Position numbers and translations under genes: made by a program. A stretch of 64,000 nt of DNA from a virus (lineage: Duplodnaviria > Caudoviricetes): the IMG/VR virus record IMGVR_UViG_3300023172_000022, positions 12,302-76,301 of that record, one strand, 5' to 3'. The notes beneath the pieces are model-generated. The model saw only the letters and a list, made by a program, of their open reading frames with translations, searched no databases and had not been told where the DNA came from. Below, piece by piece: positions 1-10,600 of this stretch (positions are counted from its first letter, which is position 1; every line of letters begins with the position of its first letter).

Positions 1-282
1 ATGATTTGATATATCATTGTTCTTATTTGATTTCATTATAAAATTATCAGATATATTGTCATATAAAGTAAAACTTTTATTCTTATAGTAACAAAATTTC
101 ATACCATCATTACTATAAGAATAGATATAACCGTTATCATATTTAATAGGAAATGTTGTTACATTTTTTTCTAGAAATACTTCATTCTTTAAAAAATATT
201 TTTTATAATTTTGGCCAGACTTTGGATCTCGCTCAAAACTAGAATAAACAATATTTCCTGTATCTACATTTAACTCCAACAT
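1..282 (-). CDS. Hypothetical protein, partial (runs off the window start; MLELNVDTGNIVYSSFERDPK...)
   Basis: Not in the ORF track. Hand translation gives 94 open codons from an ATG at 282-280, which overlaps the upstream stop (TAATG coupling). Confidence 0.7.
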   Translation of the reverse strand, partial: MLELNVDTGNIVYSSFERDPKSGQNYKKYFLKNEVFLEKNVTTFPIKYDNGYIYSYSNDGMKFCYYKNKSFTLYDNISDNFIMKSNKNNDISNH

Positions 283-869
283 TAGAAAGTTCCAAACTCT
301 TTCCAATCACTACCATTATAATAATATATTGTATTTGTATCGGTGGTTGTTGCAAAATCACCAAACGAACCAGTTGGTAAATTTGATTGAGTAGAAACGA
401 CTGTTGTTGTAACATTCGAAGGTATTGTAATTTCCCCCTTGTATTTGTTGTCTGTAGAATCGTATACAAGAAAATCATTCGTTGATAAGGTGGCATGATC
501 TATGTCTCTAAAATCGGAAAATTCTAATGTATCCCAAGACATATTAGTTCCGTTCGTAGTTAAAAATTTATCAGTTTGACCATCCTGTTCTGGTAATTCT
601 TTTCCAGTCGTGGTATCTGGTGTTACAATATCCAACATTTTTGCTACTGCGTTAGATAGGTCGGAAACCTCATCAACAGTTGATGCGCTTGCCAATAATG
701 TACTGACTCTAGAATTTAGTAAGCTTTCTAGGTTGATATTTTCTGTCTGTTTTATACTTTTAATCATTCTAGCAAATACTAAAAGATCGGCAGTAGTAGC
801 CGATGGAATATCAGATGTTAATTGATTTATTATGGTTTGTATATTACCATCAAACAAACTATCTGCCAT
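282..869 (-). CDS. Putative fibre-associated virion protein, paralog 3 of a 3-gene family
   Basis: Shares the N-terminal helical block, LPEQDGQTDKFLTTNG..SW and YYYNGSDW motifs with the two upstream genes. These motifs are typical of phage fibre proteins. Confidence 0.6.
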   Translation of the reverse strand: MADSLFDGNIQTIINQLTSDIPSATTADLLVFARMIKSIKQTENINLESLLNSRVSTLLASASTVDEVSDLSNAVAKMLDIVTPDTTTGKELPEQDGQTDKFLTTNGTNMSWDTLEFSDFRDIDHATLSTNDFLVYDSTDNKYKGEITIPSNVTTTVVSTQSNLPTGSFGDFATTTDTNTIYYYNGSDWKEFGTF

Positions 870-870
870 T

Positions 871-1434
871 TTATGCTCCTATACCCTGCCAGGCACTGCC
901 ATCCCAATAATGTATTTTTGAAGATTCGTTACTATAATATAAGTCTCCAGTTGTATTACCCGTAGTTGGCAAGTCTGCATCAAGAGTTACAGTTTTTATT
1001 GCCAAATCACTTGGTTTAAATTTTGTTCCGTCATGTAATAAAATTTGATCATTTTGTGGAGACGTATCGTCTATTTCTAATACATTTTTAGTAATCAAAC
1101 CATTCCAATCATCATTAGAACCGTCAGTTGACAAAAATGTTCCATCGGAACCATTTTGTGATGGAATGATTTCCCCTTGCGTAATCGTTATCGATTTACT
1201 CATCATCAAAGAAACAGTGCGTCCTAATTTAGATAAATCGGATGTGGTGGCATTGACCGCAAGAGTCCCAACCCTAGTGTTAATTGCCTGCTCTAAGGTT
1301 GTATTTTCTTCTTCACCAATATATGTTCCCGTTCTGGAAATTTTATATAATTCATCTACAGATGCATTGGTGACTAAAGACAAAATTCTTGTGAGAATTG
1401 CACTTTGAGATGTTGATAAATTTGCGTCTGTCAT
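871..1434 (-). CDS. Putative fibre-associated virion protein, paralog 2
   Basis: Same architecture: IPSQNGSDGTFLSTDG..W, DQILLHDG and HYWDGSAW. Confidence 0.6.
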   Translation of the reverse strand: MTDANLSTSQSAILTRILSLVTNASVDELYKISRTGTYIGEEENTTLEQAINTRVGTLAVNATTSDLSKLGRTVSLMMSKSITITQGEIIPSQNGSDGTFLSTDGSNDDWNGLITKNVLEIDDTSPQNDQILLHDGTKFKPSDLAIKTVTLDADLPTTGNTTGDLYYSNESSKIHYWDGSAWQGIGA

Positions 1435-1444
1435 TTATTATTTC

Positions 1445-2632
1445 CTATTCTATGGGCGGCGATGTAAAGCTTGTGGTATATCTTGCAACATTACTAATTC
1501 TAAAATGTTTTATGTATGCAGAATCGATACCATTATTTTGGGTTTCATGTCCATATAATTTTACTCTACTAATATTGGGTGTTCCTGCATTTGTACTGAA
1601 AGAGGCAACCTGATTGCCATTGTGATATACTTTAGCGTTCATTGAAGATTGATACACAATTGCGTGATGAACCCACTGACCAGTTGCATTTGCTGTCGAA
1701 GCAGTTATATTTGTATTTGTTGTTCCCCCTGCACCAGAAAATTTAATGTTGTCCGTCCTATATTCGACCATACCCGTATCAAACCAATATGCTGGAGTAC
1801 TACCAAGAGTATCAATATATCCCCAGAATTCTACTGTAAAATTTGACCCCATTGAAAATGATGAGAAGTTGTATTCGACACCACCCGAATTGATATTTTT
1901 TAATGCATTCCCTGATATACCAGTACTAGTTGCACTGACTACAGCAGTGTTTCCATTTACTTGATTAGTACCACCATTGCCATAATTTGCAATCTGTTCG
2001 TTTCTATTTGTGTCATATGACGCATACCAGATAGTATTTGCATCTATCCAATTGAAAGGAATTGATGTGGTTATTTCATTCCATGAACTTCCATCCCAAT
2101 AGTGAAAACTATCTTCTGCAATTGCATATGCAATCTTACCTGTAGTGTCTGAGACTGGCAATCCAGCAACATTTGCATAAGTTTCAAATGACTTTGTAGG
2201 AGAAACAACATTAACCAAATCACTATTTACGTCTATCGATAAAGTATCTCCAGCTGTTGGGGATGTTACGTTTACATTATTAATATCATTTAAATTTGCC
2301 TTCACCCAACTTAAAGATAAACCATTTGTTTGTAAAAGTTTATTGATATTACTTGTTTGACTTGGTAAGTCTACTCCATCAACAAAATCTGCCTCTAGCA
2401 TATTTCCTATTGCTCTTGCAATATAATTTTTTTGTGTTGTAGAAAGAGATGCTTGTAATAGTGTATTAAATCTATTTACAAATGCAGTTTCAGCTGTTGT
2501 ATCTTCGGTTTTCCCAATCGCTTTAAGACATACACTAATTTCGTATAATTCTTTTGTTCCTGCCGTTGGAATTAATGTAATTGCTCTCGCTAATAGTTGA
2601 TCTATACCTGTATTAAAATTTGAATCTGGCAT
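1445..2632 (-). CDS. Putative fibre/receptor-binding protein with C-terminal LamG/concanavalin-like domain, paralog 1
   Basis: Family N-terminus followed by the LamG signature NFTVEFW...QWVHHAIV...KVYHNG...YIKHFRISNVARYT..FT.P. Confidence 0.7.
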   Translation of the reverse strand: MPDSNFNTGIDQLLARAITLIPTAGTKELYEISVCLKAIGKTEDTTAETAFVNRFNTLLQASLSTTQKNYIARAIGNMLEADFVDGVDLPSQTSNINKLLQTNGLSLSWVKANLNDINNVNVTSPTAGDTLSIDVNSDLVNVVSPTKSFETYANVAGLPVSDTTGKIAYAIAEDSFHYWDGSSWNEITTSIPFNWIDANTIWYASYDTNRNEQIANYGNGGTNQVNGNTAVVSATSTGISGNALKNINSGGVEYNFSSFSMGSNFTVEFWGYIDTLGSTPAYWFDTGMVEYRTDNIKFSGAGGTTNTNITASTANATGQWVHHAIVYQSSMNAKVYHNGNQVASFSTNAGTPNISRVKLYGHETQNNGIDSAYIKHFRISNVARYTTSFTSPPIE

Positions 2633-2636
2633 TCTA

Positions 2637-3617
2637 TTATCCTATCGTAACCAACAATAATTCAGCTCCCAATTCTTGGCCATTATTGAATTTAATCTGC
2701 GAATCCGTATATATTTCATATTTTGATGGAGAAACCAACATACCATTGCAATAAAGTTGTACCCACTCTCTATTTATAAAGATTTGTACTCCTGCTCTTG
2801 TTTGAAAATCATATATGAGTTTTCCCTGATTATCTACTGTAATATCTTTTGAATAAACGAGTTTTGGTCTATTTTTAAGTGTACTGTAATCATTAGTATT
2901 TAAGTCTGGTTTATTTTGTATTTGTTTCCATTCTACTGGTAAATTATTTAAATTTGGTTTATTTAAAAGTGTATTGTAATCTATCAAACTAAACTTATCG
3001 TCAATCTTTTTTAAAATACTATCTACAAGAGCAGTTTCGCTTTTTGTTGTTGTAATTTTTATCCATTCATTTCCTGTAGAGTAATAAAGATTTCCTGTGT
3101 CTCTTGCGATTGTTACCATCCCACTATGATTGCCTGGTTCTGGAAACTTTGCAAGATTTGCATATCCAGATCTCCACTTAAAATGATCTTTAACTGTGGA
3201 TGTTTCTGTAGTAACATCAAAAGTATTAATTTCTGGAAATTTAAATACTGTCACCGTGCCATTACAAACTTTATCAAAAGTTAACTCTATTGTAGTTGTA
3301 TCTTGATATGTGACTTTATAATCAGATGATAAATCTTTATCTATATAAACAAAAAAAGTACAAGAACTTGTTTTGAAATTGTGATTGATAATCCATTTTC
3401 TTTTATTTTCGCTTTGAATATGAAAATAGGTATCTCTTTTTTCTGTAAGTTGATACCACGTTTTAATACCATCTAACTCCGTATAAACATATAATGCACC
3501 CAATACAAGAGCCGTTTCTCCAACCTCTGGATACATAGGAAATTCTTTATAATTTGTTGCAAAAGTTAAGGTGCCCTTAATGCTTACATTAGTTAAGTTT
3601 AAAGTTCTATTTTTCAT
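2637..3617 (-). CDS. Putative fibre-associated structural protein
   Basis: Contains a KWIINHNF module, YYSTGNEW, three (Y/W)xxLxNKP-type fibre repeats and a C-terminal Ig-like VQLYCNG..Y...IKF module. Confidence 0.55.
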   Translation of the reverse strand: MKNRTLNLTNVSIKGTLTFATNYKEFPMYPEVGETALVLGALYVYTELDGIKTWYQLTEKRDTYFHIQSENKRKWIINHNFKTSSCTFFVYIDKDLSSDYKVTYQDTTTIELTFDKVCNGTVTVFKFPEINTFDVTTETSTVKDHFKWRSGYANLAKFPEPGNHSGMVTIARDTGNLYYSTGNEWIKITTTKSETALVDSILKKIDDKFSLIDYNTLLNKPNLNNLPVEWKQIQNKPDLNTNDYSTLKNRPKLVYSKDITVDNQGKLIYDFQTRAGVQIFINREWVQLYCNGMLVSPSKYEIYTDSQIKFNNGQELGAELLLVTIG

Positions 3618-3840
3618 TTTCCTCGTCCATGTATCTTATATCTTGTGCTGTTCCTACAAAAAATACTTTACCTTCTAAAGCTTGATTAATTATATCAAAC
3701 AATTTAAACTGATATCTCAAAAATCCAAGTTTTTCAACATTGGGAGCTTCATCATACAAATCAAAATTTTCAATATTTTTTTCTAATTTTTGTAACCAAG
3801 CGATTAATTGTGTTGCATGAATTGTTCTTCTATTTCCCAT
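3607..3840 (-). CDS. Hypothetical protein (77 aa)
   Basis: ORF overlaps both neighbours in an operon-like way. Confidence 0.6.
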   Translation of the reverse strand: MGNRRTIHATQLIAWLQKLEKNIENFDLYDEAPNVEKLGFLRYQFKLFDIINQALEGKVFFVGTAQDIRYMDEENEK

Positions 3841-4036
3841 CTAGCATCAACTCCAATGCAGTATAATATTTTTGAACATTTTTAACTTGTTCAGAGTATT
3901 TTTTCCTTGCATTCACATCATGAAAATTTGTCAATAAAGCATTTTGTTTTAATATTGCTATTGATTCTATCAAAACACTTTTTATTTCTTTACTACTATT
4001 TAAAGTAGTTATATCATAATACTTCATCTCAATCAT
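3830..4036 (-). CDS. Hypothetical protein (68 aa)
   Basis: ORF coupled to its neighbours. Confidence 0.55.
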   Translation of the reverse strand: MIEMKYYDITTLNSSKEIKSVLIESIAILKQNALLTNFHDVNARKKYSEQVKNVQKYYTALELMLDGK

Positions 4037-4130
4037 TTAATTCCAAAACCTTTGCCATTGATATTTCTGGCAGTTTACAAATGTAATAATAAATAGTCCA
4101 GAAAATTAAATTATAAATAAGTATTTCCAT
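4029..4130 (-). CDS. Small hydrophobic protein, 33 aa (MEILIYNLIFWTIYYYICKLPEISMAKVLELND)
   Basis: Below the ORF-track cutoff. It has an AAGGAG RBS, a TATAAATA promoter directly upstream, and a stop overlapping the next gene start. Confidence 0.7.
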   Translation of the reverse strand: MEILIYNLIFWTIYYYICKLPEISMAKVLELND

Positions 4131-4148
4131 AATAAAACTCCTTTCAAC

Positions 4149-4156
4149 TATTTATA
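4149..4156 (-). promoter_or_regulatory. T4-type late promoter TATAAATA
   Basis: Exact consensus, between a terminator and an RBS. Confidence 0.8.
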
Positions 4157-4158
4157 CT

Positions 4159-4183
4159 AAAAAAAAGAGGGCCGTGGCCCTCT
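4159..4183 (-). terminator. Rho-independent terminator
   Basis: AGAGGGC/GCCCTCT stem followed by a T8 run on the minus strand, just after the 990-aa gene. Confidence 0.8.
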
Positions 4184-4208
4184 CCAAAATTTAAAATTTC
4201 ATTAAAAA

Positions 4209-7181
4209 TTAAATATTTGTCATAGACATAACTGAAACTCTGATATGTCTAGATTCTGTAAGATATATTGTCAATGTGTTTGCATTTGTTTCTTCGACAG
4301 GAACAACATCATTTGCATAAACACCTTGATCGTCTAAAACCATCACTTGGAAAAGTAAATGGTTTGAATTCAAATTGTGATTAATGGTATGTGTTGTTGC
4401 AGTTGCAGTTGATTGATATGTAAATCTTAAATTATTTACAGATGTTCTAATAGAACTATCTCCAGAAGTTCTTTGTGCAATTTCTGTTGATAGGTCTGAT
4501 TCAACATCAAGTACCAGAGATTCTAAACTATCAAAGTTATCTTTAATTGCAGTGTCTAACAAAATATCCGCATTGGCCAGACTTGTTGCAGTATCAATAT
4601 AATTACTACCAGATGGTTGATTGTATGCGCCAGTGGATAATAATCCAGCCCCCGCTTGTGTGTTGTCCAACTCACCTTGAATACCGCCCGCACCTACGCT
4701 ATTGTTTAGTGTTGCAATGTCATCTGCATTTTGTTTTATTTGAATGTCGAGTAAATTATCAGCGTCTTTTAGTGATGTCGCATTACTAATATAATTTGCT
4801 GTTGGAATTGCACTGTACGATCCGGCTGGTGAAAGTCCGGCCCCAACTTCTATTGCATCAACTTCAGTTTGAAGATTAGTAATATCAGTAGTATTTGTTG
4901 AAATATCTGATATAACTGATGCATCAACACGCAAACCAGATGAAGATTTACTGAGTGTGTTTCCATCAATTTTAACAGAAAGTTGTGCAGCTGTATCTGT
5001 AGAATCTGCTGCGCCGTCTAATGTAAGGAACAAACCACTGTCTGATCTTAAATCCAGTCCAACTTCGTCACTTGGTAATTCAACAACACCAGCACCAAAA
5101 TTTAAGAATATCTCATTACCATTTTTCTGAATACCTGCACCAGCAATAATTTGCCCTGCACCTGAGAATTGTTCCCAAACCATTGCTGATGAACCAACGG
5201 TAATACTACCATCTGTTACAAGCACATATCCATTGTCTGCGTTTGCTGTACCTTCTTCAACAAATACAAACACACCAGATGTCATCTCTGCGTTATCGTC
5301 TGCATCACTTGCGCGACTCAGAGAACCATTTCCGGCAGCAGAATATTCATAAATACCATTTTGTGACGCAGTAGTTTGATCTTTCAGAAGTACTCTGTCA
5401 CCATCTGCAAGTGCAATTCCATCAATTGTTGTTACACTAGTCAGGTTTGCAACATTTGCGGTTGATGCAACTCTGACTGATGCCTTAACATCCAAACCAG
5501 TTGCAACGGAATCAACATATTCTTTGTTAGCTGCATCTGTAGGATCAACTGGCGTAGCAACACTAATAATTCTATTTGTGCCCATATCCAGATTGCCAGA
5601 CATGGTGTCGCCAGTTTTAGAAACTTTTCCAGTAATGGCAGTTTCATTTGCATATATTGCAACCGATAATTTATTATCTGCATCTTTCAATGATGTTGCA
5701 GTATTAATATACTGCGCTGTGTTATTTGCACTATAACTGCCGTTCGCGTTTAGGCCAGCCCCAGTCTGTGACGCATCCAATTCACTCTGTACATTACCAA
5801 CTGCTGTATCTAGATCACCTATAGAATCTGCGATTGATGTTGATAAATTTATATAATTCGTGCCATTAAAGGCAACAAATCCACCAGAAGCAGTCAATCC
5901 AACAGAATTTTCAATAACATCAACTTCAAATTGTAAATTAGGAATGGTTGTTCCTGTGATTGTTACAATATCATCAGCATTTGTTTTTACTTGTGTGTCT
6001 AAAAGATCATCTGCATTTTGCAAATCTGTTGCTGAGGAAATATAATTAGCACTACCATTCGCAGTGTAACTACCATCGGCGTTAAGACCAGCCCCAGTTT
6101 GAGTTGTATTAACTTCTGTTTGCAGTGTTGCAATTGTTGTATTAATAGTTGTATCAGCAGAAATTCTATCCGTAATTTCTTGAGCAATATCATCGGCGTT
6201 TGTTTTTGCCTGCGTATCTAACTTATCGTCTGCATCCTTCAGAGATGTAGCGGTGTTGATATAGTTAGCACTACCATTTGCAGTATAAACACCTGTAGAA
6301 CCAAGTCCAGCGCCGTTTTGAGTTGCGTCTAGTTCGCCTTGAACACCATCAATAGCTGCGTCTAAAAGTTCGTCTGCATTTTTGAGAGATGTTGCCCCAG
6401 TAAGATAAGTTGTCGTGCCATTTGCAAGATAACTTCCATCCGACTGCAATCCGGCGCCGGTTTCGATTGCGTCCAACTCCGCCTGTGCTTCAGCTGGGAA
6501 GTCGGATGTGCTCAGAACACCTTTCATCGTTGATGGATGATTTTCACATACATAATATAGTGTGTCTGGTGCATCATGTGGGACTTTAAATATTAATGTG
6601 CCACTTGTTTGTCCTTGTGCATTTGCACCTGTAACTACATTTCCAGCGCCATCGTCGTGACTCAATCCTTCATTATAATAGTTTGCACTAAAATTACTTG
6701 TTACTGCCGCATCTAACAATAAGAAAGGATGTGTAGAAACATTCAATTCAAACTTATATGTAATGCCAGGATGAATATCTATAGATTGATTTGCACTACC
6801 ATCTAAAAGATACGAATTAGAAGCGTCATTAGTTACTGTGATAGTAATTTGTGCATCGTGTGCATCAAGATTGCCAGTTACTGTATCTATTTGATTTTGT
6901 AAATTTGTGTCGGCGGCTTGTCTTGCAGTAGACTCTGCCGTGATAGAAGCGTTTAGTGTGGCTACTTCTGCTTGTAATTCTGCAAGTGAAACAGCTTGTT
7001 GAATCTGGACTGCGCCTTGAGCGTCAAGGGAGGAAAATTTAAATACTTTGTCAGTAGTATTATACCATAATCTGCCAGGTTCTGTGGGTGTTGGATCGGC
7101 TGACAATTGCTCGATACGCATATTTTCAATGTACGAATTATCAGCAAGTTTTAACCCATGAAACTTTACATAGTTCGGCAT
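4209..7181 (-). CDS. Long fibre protein (990 aa) with cupredoxin-like domain and repeated GAGL..GxY...NYI..ATSL.DAD..LD modules
   Basis: Contains the tail-fibre motif DAANKEYVD...DGDRVLLKDQTTASQNGIY, about 7 internal repeats, HPF...YYVCENHPSTM and a C-terminal TINHNL module. Confidence 0.7.
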   Translation of the reverse strand: MPNYVKFHGLKLADNSYIENMRIEQLSADPTPTEPGRLWYNTTDKVFKFSSLDAQGAVQIQQAVSLAELQAEVATLNASITAESTARQAADTNLQNQIDTVTGNLDAHDAQITITVTNDASNSYLLDGSANQSIDIHPGITYKFELNVSTHPFLLLDAAVTSNFSANYYNEGLSHDDGAGNVVTGANAQGQTSGTLIFKVPHDAPDTLYYVCENHPSTMKGVLSTSDFPAEAQAELDAIETGAGLQSDGSYLANGTTTYLTGATSLKNADELLDAAIDGVQGELDATQNGAGLGSTGVYTANGSANYINTATSLKDADDKLDTQAKTNADDIAQEITDRISADTTINTTIATLQTEVNTTQTGAGLNADGSYTANGSANYISSATDLQNADDLLDTQVKTNADDIVTITGTTIPNLQFEVDVIENSVGLTASGGFVAFNGTNYINLSTSIADSIGDLDTAVGNVQSELDASQTGAGLNANGSYSANNTAQYINTATSLKDADNKLSVAIYANETAITGKVSKTGDTMSGNLDMGTNRIISVATPVDPTDAANKEYVDSVATGLDVKASVRVASTANVANLTSVTTIDGIALADGDRVLLKDQTTASQNGIYEYSAAGNGSLSRASDADDNAEMTSGVFVFVEEGTANADNGYVLVTDGSITVGSSAMVWEQFSGAGQIIAGAGIQKNGNEIFLNFGAGVVELPSDEVGLDLRSDSGLFLTLDGAADSTDTAAQLSVKIDGNTLSKSSSGLRVDASVISDISTNTTDITNLQTEVDAIEVGAGLSPAGSYSAIPTANYISNATSLKDADNLLDIQIKQNADDIATLNNSVGAGGIQGELDNTQAGAGLLSTGAYNQPSGSNYIDTATSLANADILLDTAIKDNFDSLESLVLDVESDLSTEIAQRTSGDSSIRTSVNNLRFTYQSTATATTHTINHNLNSNHLLFQVMVLDDQGVYANDVVPVEETNANTLTIYLTESRHIRVSVMSMTNI

Positions 7182-7206
7182 TTGTTTACTCCAAATCTTT
7201 TAGTTC

Positions 7207-7214
7207 TATTTATA
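7207..7214 (-). promoter_or_regulatory. T4-type late promoter TATAAATA
   Basis: Exact intergenic consensus upstream of the GGAG RBS of the 990-aa gene. Confidence 0.8.
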
Positions 7215-7225
7215 TTTATCTTCAT

Positions 7226-7645
7226 CTACGCTGATAATAGCACATCATTATTAAAGAAAACTTCTACATGACCAGTGATACTTTCTGATAAATGCACTCT
7301 AAAAGAATCTGCATCAATTGTTTCGACAAACGCATAAAATCTGTCTCCATTTGCATCATACAATTTTTCTGAGTATGATGTTGTGTTTTTATCGTGTTGT
7401 ATAATCCATGTTGTGGCTGCTGTATTTATTTCATATCTATATATTCTAACAATAGGCTTGTCAGTCAAATCTGTAAAACTACCAGAGGCGGCAACCGTAG
7501 AAAGTCCTAAATTATTTCTAGCATCATTCGCATTTGTCGCACCAGTTCCACCGTGAACCAAATCAATGGACTCTCCAGTTTGAAACTCTGAAAGTCCAGT
7601 TGTATTATCGTTTTCATCCTTTAATACTCTAATAGGTATAGTCAT
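7226..7645 (-). CDS. Small fibre adaptor-like protein
   Basis: GGTGATNANDARNNLGL and VAASGSFTDLTDKP fibre motifs plus a WIIQH module. Confidence 0.6.
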   Translation of the reverse strand: MTIPIRVLKDENDNTTGLSEFQTGESIDLVHGGTGATNANDARNNLGLSTVAASGSFTDLTDKPIVRIYRYEINTAATTWIIQHDKNTTSYSEKLYDANGDRFYAFVETIDADSFRVHLSESITGHVEVFFNNDVLLSA

Positions 7646-7661
7646 TTTATATCACCAAAAA

Positions 7662-10600
7662 TTAACTATTAAGTAGTGCAGTAGAAATAAATGTGGTATT
7701 AACACCAAAACCACCTTGCAAAAATAAAATTCTCATTCCATTTCCGTAAGCATTTGTACTACCCAATCCTCTATAAAGTCTTCTTCTATCATTAGTTCCT
7801 GTTGTAGAAAATCTGTCACTAGAAAGAATAGTATCTTCACCAACTGCTCCAGCATCTACAAATCCAATAAGATCTATTTCCTTACCAGTATAAAGGTATC
7901 TGTATGAACCTATTCTGGTTGGGAATTGAATTACAAGTTGTCCATCGTCATTTAATGATAATTGCTCCAATGGATTAATAACCGCATGGGAGTCTCTTTC
8001 ATTAATACCGGCAAACACATGTCTACCCCAAGGTTTCAATATGTCTTTTTCTCTGACGACAAATCTTCTAAATCGTCCTTGTTCATTTAAATCGAAGGCC
8101 TTAATATCTTCTTCAACAACTTCATCTACAACAAATTCCGAAACATAATTTCCGTCAATATCATAAATTCCATCATATGCAAGAGAATTTGATCTACCAG
8201 TAGTTTCAGTTTTAAAGAACGGTGTCAAATCAGAGTATAATACTGGTGGTTCGCTGGATGCATATATACAATGAACAGGTTGTGTTGGTGATGTAAAATC
8301 AGGTTCACCAGTGGTTGAATCTACATGCCTTTGAATGCAGAAAAATGCATTTCTACCTTCTTGTGTGTGCGATTCGTGGTCCTTGATATGGAATACCATT
8401 CCATGATTTGCAATCGTTAATGTATATGTCATTGGATATGAAGCTGCCAGATTTCCAGTTCTACCAGTTCTTCTATAAAATCCTTTTTGTACTCTAACAT
8501 TTGATGTATTATATGGCGTATCATTCAAAAGTTCTGTTGAACTACCCAGTAGATATGAATCTTCATACCTGTATTCACCATCATCTAAAATGCCATTGGT
8601 TACAGTTCCAGTACCAACTGTATAAGTTACACTATATGAATTGCTACTAGTCCAAACGTCTGGGACGCTATTGAAACCATCAACCGTCGAATGATAAAGT
8701 CCAACTCGTCCAGCGTCTGTGTTCATTTTATTTGCCAAGACACCTTTTAACAAATCTCTTTGTGAATATGGATTATTTTTATGAACAGTTGCGCCAAGAT
8801 ATCCTTGATACTGCGGTCTCATACCACCCATGAATCCAGGCTCTCTTTTTGTAATTTTTTGAGTTATATCACTATTGGCTGCAACTTCAGTAACATCACC
8901 ATTTGATAATAATTGATATTCTGTTGCGGCATGAACTGTTAAATACTCAAACTGAGAGCCTTTACCAGTCTGCCCCGAACCAACCTGCAAAAAGCCTTCA
9001 TTAATATATGGAGATGTTTCTGTAAGTTCTTCTCCTCTACTAACATCAAGTCTAAGTCGCCAAGGTTGCGAATTATCAACTCCACCCAAGTTGGTTCTTT
9101 CGTCTGTTTCAAATACAAGTGGGCCCATACTTCTATCGGTAATATATTCAAAAGTATCTATTTCTAAATCCGAAGTATGTGTTTCAAATTGTTTATATGA
9201 TGTATTTCCTAGATTGATTCCGTTATGAGTAGAATTTGGATGTAATTGTCTAAGATTAAAATCAAAAGAAACTTCTGGACCAACAGGTCGTGTTAATCTA
9301 GTACTACTATTGTCATCATCCAATACCAAACTATGATAACTCACTGGATAATTACATGAAGTTGCCCTATCCGCACCAACAGATACGCCCATAGATCCCT
9401 TGCGAACTGGATTGGCCAATGTTCCAAGATCTCTTGCAAGTGGGAAAGACATTCTAATTCTTCCAACATTAGAAAGAGCTGCGGCCCGTGTCTCGGTTAA
9501 AGTAAAATTTATAGGTCCATTATTGCCTGTGTCATCAAAGTCTGTTTCTTCTTCAACTTCTAAAGTTACAGAAAATCTAGCTGCGTCTGGAATGTCCCAA
9601 GTATACATTGAATTCATCCATTCGTCGTCGCGGTTTTTACTTTGAGTATACCAAGCAAGAGGACTTACCATTTTTATTGGTGGCGGCGAATTAGGATCTT
9701 GAGAATATTCAAAAGTAGGATCAAATTTAAGTCTTAAAACATTTGCCATTGCCAAAGCGTCCTTTTGATAACTGAGGCGAATTTCCCCGTCCACCCTATT
9801 TGAGATTGCATCAATTTCCGTATCCGCGCTGGCTGCCCCATTGTATGCAATTTTTGGAGTATTTGCCAAATTAACATAGTTAGGGTCTGTTGTTCCATCA
9901 AGGAACGTTGTTGCTGTATGATTTGTAATTGGCGTGATTGTGTTCAAGGAACCGTTTGCCGCCATAAGATCTTGATTACCATTATAATAATCTATAAGTT
10001 TATTACCAAAAATTGTTCCATCATTGTAAATCCAATAATTTTCTCCGTCTTGATCAGCAGTTCTTGTAGTAATATTTGACGGAGCATTAAACAATCCCCA
10101 TGCTCTGTCATCTCCGTTTGATGATAGATACTTCTGATATTTTGTGTTCCTGATCATATATGCCGATGAATCTTCATTATATTCTATTCTCAATTCAGTA
10201 CCAACAATATCTATATTCATGTATTTTTGAGTATAAGGACAGTCAGATGATTCTAAAAACGCTTCTAGATCTACCAAAAGAGTACTCGCAGTGCTATATG
10301 GTTTTTTCGCTTCAAAAGAATAAGAAATGTCAATTGTATTTTCCCAAGGAGTGTCAGAATCTTCATCAACAAGCCCTGTTAAATTTATAGTAAATATGTC
10401 ACCTTTATTTGCTCCAGTGAATCCACTAACATTGACACTATGAACATAGCCAGGGATAGAATCTGTATAGTGATAATTGTAGAAGTTTAAGTCAGCATTC
10501 GTTACTTGCCAATTATAATAGCCATAGTAATAGCTATAACTTTGTATTGCTCCAATCTGATAATGACAATTTCTTACTGAAACGTCCCTGTTCAGAAAGA

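Noticed and set aside
4112-4119. Plus-strand TATAAATA
   Set aside because: Lies antisense within the 33-aa ORF with no downstream plus-strand gene; likely chance in AT-rich DNA.
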